Part shown: positions 39,177 to 48,211 of the stretch, piece after piece
Layout of the letters: each line of letters starts with the position of its first letter
Numbering within the stretch: position 1 is the stretch's first letter
DNA from: an uncultured Clostridia bacterium
GTDB lineage: Bacteria > Bacillota > Clostridia > Oscillospirales > CAG-272
Assembly: GCA_944384525.1 (NCBI GenBank)
Contig: CALWTR010000044.1
Span: 1 to 56,886 of the forward strand
Direction: 5' to 3'
DNA: 56,886 bases
Made by a program: the position numbers and the translations under genes
The notes under the pieces: generated by a model
The model's input: the letters and a program-made list of their open reading frames with translations, nothing else
The model's database searches: none
Told to the model about the DNA's origin: nothing

Positions 39177-40841
39177 ATGAAGTTGAAAAATATTTTCGGA
39201 AAGGCGTCCGGCAGAAAAAGGTTGCTGACGCTCTGCGCCGTGCTCATCATAGCGGCGGCAGCGGCGATAAACCTTATTCTTAAGGACGTCGGACTTAAAA
39301 ATTCAGTCTTCATTGATCTGACTCCGGAAGGACTGTATACTGTAAGCGATGCGATGAAAGAGGAGTGCTCCTTCCTCAGCGATATGGATCCTGATTCCGT
39401 AAAAATAACCTTTTGCGCGGATCCGGATACGCTGACCTCAAACCAGGGCACCAGAGTGGTGTATTTTATGTCTCTGCAGCTCCAGAAGCTATTTCCCGCG
39501 GTCACAGTTGAGACGATAAACGCGGAATATAACAAGACCGCGTTTTCCAAATATATGCCTACGCGTTTCACCGAGATATCCTGGAACGATGTCATAATCA
39601 GCTATCAGGACCGTTACCGCCGTTTCAATGCGGAGGAATTCTGGACGATAATGAGCAGCGGAGAATATTGGTCGTACAACGGAGAATATAAGATGACGAC
39701 CGCGTTCCTCTCCCTCGTAACGACAGGTAAGACCAGCGTATATTTTGAGACGGGTTACGGCGGAAAGTATTACGACGCAGGAGACCCGGAGAGCGAAATG
39801 AGCCAGGAGCTCTATGAGTTCTACTGCCTCCTCGGCGATCTCGGCTACAATGTAAAGACTTTCAATATAAAGGAAAGCGAGATACCGGACGACTGCGCGA
39901 TGCTGATCCTTGCAGGACCTACCTCCGACTTCACATATGACAGCGGCAGACTCGACGATATCACTTATGTGTCTGATATAGAGAAGATCGACAGATATCT
40001 TATAAACCGCAACGGTTCGCTCATGGTGTTCCGCGACGCTGCCGCGGGCGACCTCCCGGAGCTTTATGGGTTCCTTGAGGAATGGGGTATAGAGTTTGTG
40101 GATTCCACGGTCGTCGACAGCAGCTCATCGCTCGCAGATCAGAGTATGAGCGGCACAGGAATTCTCGCGCAGTATAACACAAATCCGGAAAGTTTTGCGG
40201 CGACCGTATATGAGGATATAGCCTCTATCAGCTCGTCGCCTCGTGTGGTAGTTCCATCTAGCGGTTTTGTGCGAAATCCCCGCCCGTCGGATGAGCACAC
40301 GGTATCCGGAGTTACCAGCACCATGCTTTATTATAACAGCTTCTTATCGACCACTGCGGACGCGAGAGCATACGCGGGCAACAGTGTATCCGGCGAGGTT
40401 GTCGGCGAGGGCGTCATGGACCTTGCGGCGGTCGCGGTCAGGACTTATGTCGACAGCGAGACCTCAAATTATCAGTACTCGTACGTTTTCGGCTGCGCGA
40501 GCATGGATGTTATATCATCAGAGTATATCGGCGATCCGTCATATGCAAATTACGACGTGCTGTATTCCCTTACCGGTATAATAGCAAGATCAGATATATA
40601 TGCCTCAAGTGACCTCGGAGGACTGAACCTGAATTCCCCGAACATGGGAGGCAAGGAGCTTGTGGATGAGAGCATAGGAACGGAAAACAGAAACATATAT
40701 GACTCGTCCAATAATATTGCCGGGGTCAAGCACGGACTTACTACGGCGCCCAAGGTGATATATATAGTGATCGCTATGCTGATACCGGTATCTGTGGCGA
40801 TAGTCGGCGCAGTCGTATGTATAAAGAGAAAGAACCGGTAA
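39177..40841 (+). CDS. Second GldG-like ABC transporter auxiliary protein
   Basis: IDLTPEGLYTVS, YNGEYKMT, VYFETGYGG, EIPDDCAMLILAGPTSDF, ends IKRKNR. Confidence 0.8.
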   Translation: MKLKNIFGKASGRKRLLTLCAVLIIAAAAAINLILKDVGLKNSVFIDLTPEGLYTVSDAMKEECSFLSDMDPDSVKITFCADPDTLTSNQGTRVVYFMSLQLQKLFPAVTVETINAEYNKTAFSKYMPTRFTEISWNDVIISYQDRYRRFNAEEFWTIMSSGEYWSYNGEYKMTTAFLSLVTTGKTSVYFETGYGGKYYDAGDPESEMSQELYEFYCLLGDLGYNVKTFNIKESEIPDDCAMLILAGPTSDFTYDSGRLDDITYVSDIEKIDRYLINRNGSLMVFRDAAAGDLPELYGFLEEWGIEFVDSTVVDSSSSLADQSMSGTGILAQYNTNPESFAATVYEDIASISSSPRVVVPSSGFVRNPRPSDEHTVSGVTSTMLYYNSFLSTTADARAYAGNSVSGEVVGEGVMDLAAVAVRTYVDSETSNYQYSYVFGCASMDVISSEYIGDPSYANYDVLYSLTGIIARSDIYASSDLGGLNLNSPNMGGKELVDESIGTENRNIYDSSNNIAGVKHGLTTAPKVIYIVIAMLIPVSVAIVGAVVCIKRKNR

Positions 40842-40911
40842 TATCCGGACCTGTAAAAACACCGCAAAGTAATAGCCGCGCGTGTATTGCCGCCGCGGCA
40901 TGGAGATCGAA

Positions 40912-43653
40912 ATGAAGAGTAAAAAACTTATAATAACTCTGTCTTCTGTGTTTGTCCTGCTGGTAGCTCTGCTTTTTGCAGTCGTATTGCCGATAGTTAA
41001 TTCCGGAGACGATACGACGACGCCTGCTCCCGTCCCGCTTGAGGGTGAGGGCGTGCTCTACGGAAGTCTTATGACCTATCCGCAGGTCAAAGAGGAGAGC
41101 ATAGAGAGCATTTCAATTTTAAATGACAACGGAGGTTACTCATTCGCAAAGGACGAGGAACTGAGCGACTTTTTCGTCATATACAACGAGGAGGGTTATC
41201 CGTATCTGCCTCCGGTATATCTCAAGGATTCGGAAGTCCCGTATTCCTCCTTTTACGCTACCGATTCTTTCGGCGATTACGGAAGCGTGTATCGTCTGAC
41301 GTATCTGACCTCTGCGATCGGTACGCTCTATTTTTCAAACAGAATAGAGATCACGGATGATCTTGACCTCTCTCAGTACGGGCTTGCCCGCAACGAAGAG
41401 GGCGGATTTGACAGGGCCTTCATGATAGAGTATAAAGATGACGACGGCAATCTCAAGTCGCATACCGTTATAATAGGAGATGCGACTCCGAACAACTCCG
41501 GGTATTATACTCTTGTCGACGGCAGAAACTATGTTTACGTTACCTCAAACAAGAACCTGTCATACGCGCTCGAGAGCGTTAATTACTTCATCAAGCCGGC
41601 GTCTACGGCACCCGGTTTGGCGATAGACAAGGGGCAGGAGCCTTATCTCGTATCGGATTTTGCGGAATGGAAGGTCTTCTTCAACGAGGAAGAGGGGACC
41701 GTGATCGAGGACGGCGTCAACGTGATAGTAACTGCGGGCGTTGCCCAGTCTTCCGGAGAGTATGAAGAGGACGAGAAAAAGGAAATAGACTTGTCCGACA
41801 AAGGGGTTTATGACGAGATCAAGAACGCCCTCCTGGGCAAGACCGTCGGATCCGGGGATGGTATATTCTTTACGTTCGATACTATGAACGAGGACGGGAA
41901 ACACGGCGTCTCGGTGGGCGACAGCTGTGTTTACAGCATACTGTCGATAGATGCGGTAGTTTTGACGGACAGCGAGATCACTGAGGCAGGCTATCCTGTG
42001 GGGAGCAATACGCGTCTCAAGGTGTCATACCGCCGCACTGTGAACGGCGAGCCGGACGATGAGGTATACAGCGGTTATATAGACCTTTCCTGGGAATTCC
42101 TTGACGAGTCGCTCGTTGCTCTGCTGAGCGATAAGACGGTCGGCAAGTTCGCGTCCCCTCTGGAGTATTCCATAGTTTACACCGAGGACAATACAAAGGT
42201 ACTGAAGGGCAGTCTGATCATAAATTCGATAGAGGCGATATACAACACCTCCGGTTTTGATATCCCGAAGGTAGTTGAGGAGTGCATAGTACTTGTCAAT
42301 TGTTCATATGTGATAGACGGGGTCAATGACGGTCAGGAGCACAGATATTCCTATGATTTCAGCCGCAAGGATGACAGCGGAAATATGGTTTATGCGGACG
42401 TCTATGAGAAGCTCAAGGGGATGACGGTAAGCTCTGGACTGTCGATCGAGGTGGAAAACACATCGATATACAGCTCGGTGTTCTCCAGCTTCACGACTTA
42501 CAGGATCAGCAGTATAGATGCTGTCGTGACAAAGAAGAAGGTGGTTTCGTTCCACTTCAGCAATGCGTCCGAGAGGGATCCGTTCTATTCCGAGTTGCTC
42601 TATACCAATACTACCGACAATGAGAACTGGATATACGGTCTTAACGATTCCTCATGCACCGAGATAGTGCGTCTTTTCGGAGGGATAGATATCTCTTCAA
42701 GCAGCGGAGATGCACACGGGCTAATAGGCCTGGAGACGGTAGCGATCGGCCTTGATGCAGAAGTTAAGGTAAAATACGGGCTGTACGCTAACATCATATA
42801 TTTTGAGCTCCCAAGATATATAAGCGACAAATATGTAGACGGAGAGCTTACCGATGATTATACCTGGATGTATACTCTGGGATTCACGCTTTATATAAGC
42901 GATGAGACAGAGGACGGCTACAGGTATGTCGGCAGTGATATGTACGATAACGTAATAAAGGTCTCCGGCGACGCGCTGGATTTCCTCGACAAGAGCTTTG
43001 CTGAGTATTGGGCGAGGAAGACCTTGGTCATAATCGACTCGAACGACCTCACCGGTCTTACCTTCGACGTAAATATGAAGAACGAGGACGGAGTCAGCCT
43101 CGGCACCTACGATTTTGATATCGCGCACAGGCAGGATCCGATACAGGGCTCGGAGGCGACTTACGACCACATGATCCCGACAGTGACCGTATCTTCGGAG
43201 CTTGATACAGCGCTTTCTCTGTGGATGGAGAAGAAAGGGGTTACTGAGGCAAGCTTTGAGGAGTTCTTTGCCGAGGCGACCGGAGAGATACAGTACGGAA
43301 CCGATACGATAGGTACGGCATATCTCAAAAAACTTATACTGATGCTTTACAGTACAAAGTATGAGGGCATACTCACCGAGGAAGAAAAGGCGAATGCAGT
43401 AGAGGGAGAGGAACTGCTCACGATGTCCGTGTCGCTGAAGGCTGGAGGTGCGGAGCGTACCTATGTATATAAATTCTACCGTGTGAGCGACAGACACGTT
43501 ATGGTCTCGCTTTACGGCAGGACGAGCTCCGGGGCATATTCGACGGTATCGGATTTCTATGTTCTTTCCTCGGATCTCAAGCGTGTGGTCAGCGCGCTGA
43601 TGTGTCTGGTGAACGGAGAGAAGTTCGACTCTGATTCAACTTATATCAACTGA
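40912..43653 (+). CDS. Large membrane-anchored acidic protein, DUF4340-like with internal FKBP-like repeats
   Basis: N-terminal TM; IGDATPNNSGYYTLVDGRNYVYV is DUF4340-like; repeated ends ALLGKTVG, LLSDKTVG, LKGMTVS. Confidence 0.7.
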   Translation: MKSKKLIITLSSVFVLLVALLFAVVLPIVNSGDDTTTPAPVPLEGEGVLYGSLMTYPQVKEESIESISILNDNGGYSFAKDEELSDFFVIYNEEGYPYLPPVYLKDSEVPYSSFYATDSFGDYGSVYRLTYLTSAIGTLYFSNRIEITDDLDLSQYGLARNEEGGFDRAFMIEYKDDDGNLKSHTVIIGDATPNNSGYYTLVDGRNYVYVTSNKNLSYALESVNYFIKPASTAPGLAIDKGQEPYLVSDFAEWKVFFNEEEGTVIEDGVNVIVTAGVAQSSGEYEEDEKKEIDLSDKGVYDEIKNALLGKTVGSGDGIFFTFDTMNEDGKHGVSVGDSCVYSILSIDAVVLTDSEITEAGYPVGSNTRLKVSYRRTVNGEPDDEVYSGYIDLSWEFLDESLVALLSDKTVGKFASPLEYSIVYTEDNTKVLKGSLIINSIEAIYNTSGFDIPKVVEECIVLVNCSYVIDGVNDGQEHRYSYDFSRKDDSGNMVYADVYEKLKGMTVSSGLSIEVENTSIYSSVFSSFTTYRISSIDAVVTKKKVVSFHFSNASERDPFYSELLYTNTTDNENWIYGLNDSSCTEIVRLFGGIDISSSSGDAHGLIGLETVAIGLDAEVKVKYGLYANIIYFELPRYISDKYVDGELTDDYTWMYTLGFTLYISDETEDGYRYVGSDMYDNVIKVSGDALDFLDKSFAEYWARKTLVIIDSNDLTGLTFDVNMKNEDGVSLGTYDFDIAHRQDPIQGSEATYDHMIPTVTVSSELDTALSLWMEKKGVTEASFEEFFAEATGEIQYGTDTIGTAYLKKLILMLYSTKYEGILTEEEKANAVEGEELLTMSVSLKAGGAERTYVYKFYRVSDRHVMVSLYGRTSSGAYSTVSDFYVLSSDLKRVVSALMCLVNGEKFDSDSTYIN

Positions 43654-43751
43654 TGCCGGCGGCAGGCGGCGCAAACCGATGCGCCGCCTGCCGCACGACC
43701 GGCACTAAAAGGAAAAATTGGCAAAATTGTAGTTAAAAACGAAAAAAACAA

Positions 43752-43779
43752 TTGCTTTTTTGAAAAAGTATGATATAAT
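43752..43779 (+). promoter_or_regulatory. sigma-A-like promoter
   Basis: TTGCTT-N16-TATAAT with TG extension. Confidence 0.55.
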
Positions 43780-43912
43780 ATACGTAAGTGTTTACCGGCA
43801 TACGGATGGCGTTTTCCGTGTATTGCCCGCAGCGGTGCGCGGGCTCCGGACATTTTGTGCCGCACTGTCCGCCGATGCGGGCTACATTATATTCTAAGAG
43901 GTTTTTTTGGTT

Positions 43913-45670
43913 ATGAAAAAGTTGATCAGCGCAGTTCTCCTTGTTGTGATGATAGCGTGTGTGTTCACAAGCTGCACCTATAATTACTCCAAGAAGGACC
44001 TTGACCGTTATCTCGACGTCTCCGGACTCGATCTTACAAATCTCGGGCTCAAGATAACTGACGGAGATTTTTATGACGACGAGACTAACAGAAATACCCT
44101 TACACAGTACAAAATGTACAGCAATATGGTAGACGCGCTCGTTGATACCACCAAGGGCGATGGGCTCAAGGAAGGTGTCATAGGTGCAAATGACGTCATG
44201 TATTATAACTACTACGGTGTAGTTACCGACAGCGACGGGGTAGAGCATGTTATCTATACCGCATACATGGATTCCTCTAAGGTGACCGGCGCGGAGTTCG
44301 GCTCTGCTGAGGCAGGAAGCCTTACTGAAAAGATAAAGAACAGCTCGATGGTAGAGATATCGGATCACCTCTATACGACTGATAAATCGACCGACCGACA
44401 GGTCGAGGAGGGCAATACGATCCTCATAACCTATACCGTAGTGTATAAATTTACGGTAGAGGACGCAAACGGAGCATCCTCCCTTATGGAGCAGGAGTAC
44501 ACCGTTACGAACGAGATACGCGTCATAGACTCCGCTGACGGATTCGACGCCGCGTTGATAGGCAAGAAAGTCGCTACAAAATTTGCGACCGGCAGTGACG
44601 GGGATGACAAGCTCGTCGTCCAGAACGTCACCTATAAGCATGAGGGCATAGATTATAGCGCAGAGGCTACTTATTCAAATATAACCGTCAGCCAGCTGAT
44701 GACAATGGGCAACGAGATCGTAGTTAACGATAAGACCTTCGATGAGAAACAGGAGGTCAAGGATACTCTCGGCAGAACGGTCGATCTTAACGGGCTTGAG
44801 ATAAGCTATCATATTTTCCCGGTATACTTCTACCAGATCCCGGCGATATCCGCAGAGATAGTCCTTGACGATATCAAGGCGTCCGGTCTTCCCTGCATGA
44901 CGACAGAGGATGAGGAACTGAAGGGGATACTTGATACTATAAACGAGAAGAGGGGCGATATATCCGAGCTCGAGGATGCAATAGAGGACTATGATGAGGA
45001 CGACTCTGAGAAGTCACTTGAAGAACTCGAGGAGGAGCTCGCGACCAGAGTGAACGAGCTCAAGGAGGCAGATAAGCAGTTCATTGAAAAGGTCGGAGCG
45101 GACAAGATACTCGAGGAGTACAGAACTCAGGTATACGACCTGCTCGTTGAAGAGTACGAGAAAGATATAAATACCAAGATCGCAGAGAAGCTGTGGGACT
45201 ACCTGCTCGATAAGCTTACGATAAATTCCGATAATCTTCCGAGCACGGCAGTAAAAAATGTATATAACCAGCTCATGGATAACTATGAGAGCGACTTCTA
45301 TACAGGAACGACCTCTTCCAGCTCCTCGGAGACGATATACTCCAAGTACGGCGGAAACTTCCAGCAGTATCTTATGGATCAGGAATCAGCGGATTCCTAT
45401 AAGGAAGCGAAATCCAAGGTCGAGGCTAATGCTCAGCAGATAGTAAAAGAGCTGATAATTATATATCAGGTCAGCAAGCATCTTAACGTCTGCATGACGG
45501 ACGAACAGTTTGAGGAGTATTGCAAGGAGCTCCAGAATTCCGGCTCTTACACCTACTATGTATATTACTACGGATTTGATAACAATGTAAGAGATGCTCA
45601 TCAGTTTGATCTTATGATCAACAAATATATAGAGCTCTACGGAAATACTGTAACAAAAGAGAGAAAATAA
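43913..45670 (+). CDS. Trigger-factor-like lipoprotein (divergent)
   Basis: Lipobox FTSC; FKBP-like VEEGNTILITY...GFDAALIGKKV; helical C-terminal domain (LPSTAVKNVYNQL...IVKELIIIY). Confidence 0.7.
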   Translation: MKKLISAVLLVVMIACVFTSCTYNYSKKDLDRYLDVSGLDLTNLGLKITDGDFYDDETNRNTLTQYKMYSNMVDALVDTTKGDGLKEGVIGANDVMYYNYYGVVTDSDGVEHVIYTAYMDSSKVTGAEFGSAEAGSLTEKIKNSSMVEISDHLYTTDKSTDRQVEEGNTILITYTVVYKFTVEDANGASSLMEQEYTVTNEIRVIDSADGFDAALIGKKVATKFATGSDGDDKLVVQNVTYKHEGIDYSAEATYSNITVSQLMTMGNEIVVNDKTFDEKQEVKDTLGRTVDLNGLEISYHIFPVYFYQIPAISAEIVLDDIKASGLPCMTTEDEELKGILDTINEKRGDISELEDAIEDYDEDDSEKSLEELEEELATRVNELKEADKQFIEKVGADKILEEYRTQVYDLLVEEYEKDINTKIAEKLWDYLLDKLTINSDNLPSTAVKNVYNQLMDNYESDFYTGTTSSSSSETIYSKYGGNFQQYLMDQESADSYKEAKSKVEANAQQIVKELIIIYQVSKHLNVCMTDEQFEEYCKELQNSGSYTYYVYYYGFDNNVRDAHQFDLMINKYIELYGNTVTKERK

Positions 45671-45682
45671 AGACATATTCTG

Positions 45683-45713
45683 AATAAGGACGGATGCTCT
45701 CCGTCCTTATTTT
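45683..45713 (+). terminator. Intrinsic terminator
   Basis: AATAAGGACGGA-TGCTC-TCCGTCCTTATTTT. Confidence 0.75.
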
Positions 45714-45801
45714 AAATATGAGAACAGCGGATAGCGGCGTCCGCCGTTCCCGCCGTTATCATGATCGCCGTATCAGGCATGGAGGGCCGCCGCTTTACAA
45801 T

Positions 45802-46236
45802 ATGAGAAAAGTTGAAATATATACCGACGGTGCCTGCCGCGGAAATCCCGGGAGAGGCGGATGGGGAGCGATCCTCGTGTATAAGGGACACGAAAAGGAG
45901 CTCTCCGGCGGAGAGGCTATGACGACCAATAACAGAATGGAGCTGACCGCGGCGATAGAGGGGCTATCGGCGCTGAGGGAACCGTGCGAGGTCGAGTTGT
46001 ATTCCGATTCAAAATATCTTGTTGACGCCGTAAATCAGGGATGGATATACTCCTGGCAGAGGAGCGGCTGGCGCAAGGGAACGCGCGACGAGGTCAAAAA
46101 CCCGGATCTGTGGCAGAAGATATGCGAGTTGCTCCGGATACACCGCGTGAAGTTCATATGGGTCAAAGGGCATGACGGACACAGCTATAATGAAAGATGT
46201 GACGCCCTTGCCACCTCATACGCAGATTCACTGTAA
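45802..46236 (+). CDS. rnhA: Ribonuclease HI
   Basis: [40 protein letters not shown]; GGAGG RBS upstream. Confidence 0.96.
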   Translation: MRKVEIYTDGACRGNPGRGGWGAILVYKGHEKELSGGEAMTTNNRMELTAAIEGLSALREPCEVELYSDSKYLVDAVNQGWIYSWQRSGWRKGTRDEVKNPDLWQKICELLRIHRVKFIWVKGHDGHSYNERCDALATSYADSL

Positions 46237-46249
46237 AAAGGAGAATGTA

Positions 46250-47728
46250 ATGAAAAACATATTGAAAAGGATATTGTGCGCCGCTATAGCGGTATCTTCG
46301 ATCGTGTCTTTACTGGCGCTGTCCTCCTGCTCGTCCGATACATTCAATTATCTGGGCAAGGATCTCAGCTCATATATATCTTTCGACAGATCGGATTATT
46401 ACGGACTCAATGTTCAGATCGAGCTCGACCGTGTGACGGACGAGGATGTGGATTTTGAAATAATACGCACGCTCGCAGCAAACAAAACCACCGCAAAGAA
46501 TAACGGAGCAAAGACGTATAATGCGGTAATAGGTCCCGGAGATATAGTTTATATAAATTATGTCGGATATTATCTCGACGAAAACGGAGAACGCGTTTAC
46601 TTTGACGGAGGCTGTAATTTCGGCTCTGACCCGGACGATCTTGAGATCGGAGCGGAGGAGGGGAGCGGTTTCATCCTCGGCTTTGAGAGCAATCTTATCG
46701 GTCATAATCCGCAGGAGACAACCGATAAATTCAGCGTATATACGAGCGGCACTGTCCTTGAAAACGATATAATCTATATAACTTATACGGACAGCGACGG
46801 CAATAAGCATACTAACCGCAGGGTCGATCTCTCCTCGGACGATCTTGATGCGGACTTCGGCGTAGGATTCCGCGATTTTATAATAGGTCAGACCGTGGGA
46901 GAGGAGCTGGAGGCAAAGGTATTTGACAATCCGGGCGGATTTGACTATCTCTATACGTCATGGGAGGTATCGATGCGCACCGAGGGCGAGGAAAACCTCA
47001 TAACTGTGACAACGTATTTCCCTGTAAATTACAGCAGTGACGAGCTGAGAGGCAAGGTCGCGTATTTCGACGTGTATATAAAGAATATAATCGACTATAA
47101 CGCTCCGGATCTTACGGCGGAGTTCATAAAGGACACGCTTAAGTTCGAGACCGACAAGACAAATGACGATGAAATAATAGCCGCTTACCGCGACCATGTC
47201 AGAGCTACGCTCGAAGATGAGTTCGATACCAGCTACCGCGATCTTGCGGATATGGCGCTCTGGGATGTATTAAAGAGCAATTTTACCGTTAAAAAATTGC
47301 CGAAGAGCGCAGTTAAGGCGGAATATAATTCGCTCCGTTCCGAACTTATCAGTTATTATAACAGTACGACCAATTACTCGTCTCTCGATGACTGCGCAGA
47401 GAGCCTTTTCGGCTATGACGAAAGCAAGTACGAGAGCTACACTGACTATCTTGACGAGGCGGCTGAGGAGGTCGTGACCGAGAAGCTGATCCTTTACAGT
47501 ATACTTAAGGCGGAAAATCTCTATCTTTCGGATGAACAGATGAATTCCGAAATAGACGGACTCGTCAAGGAGTATGCAGAATATTATTCTATGTCGGAGG
47601 AGCGGATACTCAGCATATACGACAGAGAATTCTTCATAGAGTCGGTGTATTATTCCTATGTGATGAATACCATGATAGATTTTACAAATGTGACCGTCAC
47701 CGGAAAGAGCGCGGACGTCACCAGATAA
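46250..47728 (+). CDS. Trigger-factor-like lipoprotein with FKBP-type PPIase domain
   Basis: Lipobox LSSC; GDIVYINYVG...FDGG...LEIG...FILGFESNLIG; FPVNYSSDELRGKVAYFDV...PDLTAEFI. Confidence 0.82.
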   Translation: MKNILKRILCAAIAVSSIVSLLALSSCSSDTFNYLGKDLSSYISFDRSDYYGLNVQIELDRVTDEDVDFEIIRTLAANKTTAKNNGAKTYNAVIGPGDIVYINYVGYYLDENGERVYFDGGCNFGSDPDDLEIGAEEGSGFILGFESNLIGHNPQETTDKFSVYTSGTVLENDIIYITYTDSDGNKHTNRRVDLSSDDLDADFGVGFRDFIIGQTVGEELEAKVFDNPGGFDYLYTSWEVSMRTEGEENLITVTTYFPVNYSSDELRGKVAYFDVYIKNIIDYNAPDLTAEFIKDTLKFETDKTNDDEIIAAYRDHVRATLEDEFDTSYRDLADMALWDVLKSNFTVKKLPKSAVKAEYNSLRSELISYYNSTTNYSSLDDCAESLFGYDESKYESYTDYLDEAAEEVVTEKLILYSILKAENLYLSDEQMNSEIDGLVKEYAEYYSMSEERILSIYDREFFIESVYYSYVMNTMIDFTNVTVTGKSADVTR

Positions 47729-47743
47729 AATCATATAGCACAG

Positions 47744-47787
47744 AAAAAATGCGGCTGGATCCTTAATGGATCCAGCCGCATTTTTTT
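47744..47787. terminator. Bidirectional terminator
   Basis: AAAAAATGCGGCTGGATCC-TTAAT-GGATCCAGCCGCATTTTTT. Confidence 0.88.
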
Positions 47788-47799
47788 GTTTGCGGGGAC

Positions 47800-48024
47800 T
47801 CAGTCGCAGCAGCAGTCGCCGCTGTCGGAGCACATCTCGTTGCCGAGCTTTTCCGTTATACGGCTGGTCGCCTTCATGGCGTCCGCCGCAGTCTTTCTTA
47901 TTTTACAGCCCATGCGGTTTTTGACCGCCATAGCTACTCCTGCGGCGCCTATTACGGCAAGTGCGCAGACAGCCATTGTGTATACCGGGTGGAACGTCGG
48001 CTGAGGCTTTCTGAAAAACATCAT
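47800..48024 (-). CDS. Small single-TM hypothetical protein with Cys-rich C-terminus
   Basis: AAGGAG RBS, own terminator, one hydrophobic helix. Confidence 0.7.
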   Translation of the reverse strand: MMFFRKPQPTFHPVYTMAVCALAVIGAAGVAMAVKNRMGCKIRKTAADAMKATSRITEKLGNEMCSDSGDCCCD

Positions 48025-48211
48025 GATAATATCTCCTTATCGTGAGGGGGCAGAAATATTTCCCTCTGTCAAAATATATTATCCGCATAATTTTGTTTTA
48101 TATACGCGTTTGAACAATGGCCTTTTCTGAAAAGCGAAATTCCTGTTTCGGCATAAACTGTTAATGGTGCGTCGTCAATTCGGCGCGCCAAGTACAACAT
48201 GGAGAAAATAT

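Noticed and set aside
35970-40841. Gliding motility locus
   Set aside because: Only the generic GldA/F/G-like ABC module is present; no T9SS/motor genes, and the host is a Firmicute
43800-43886. Fluoride riboswitch (GGATGGCGTT...GCCGATGCGGGCTAC)
   Set aside because: The pseudoknot complement to GGCGT is missing and the downstream gene is unrelated to fluoride
45802-46236. RNase H as part of a retroelement or defence system
   Set aside because: Ordinary stand-alone RNase HI; no reverse transcriptase in the window
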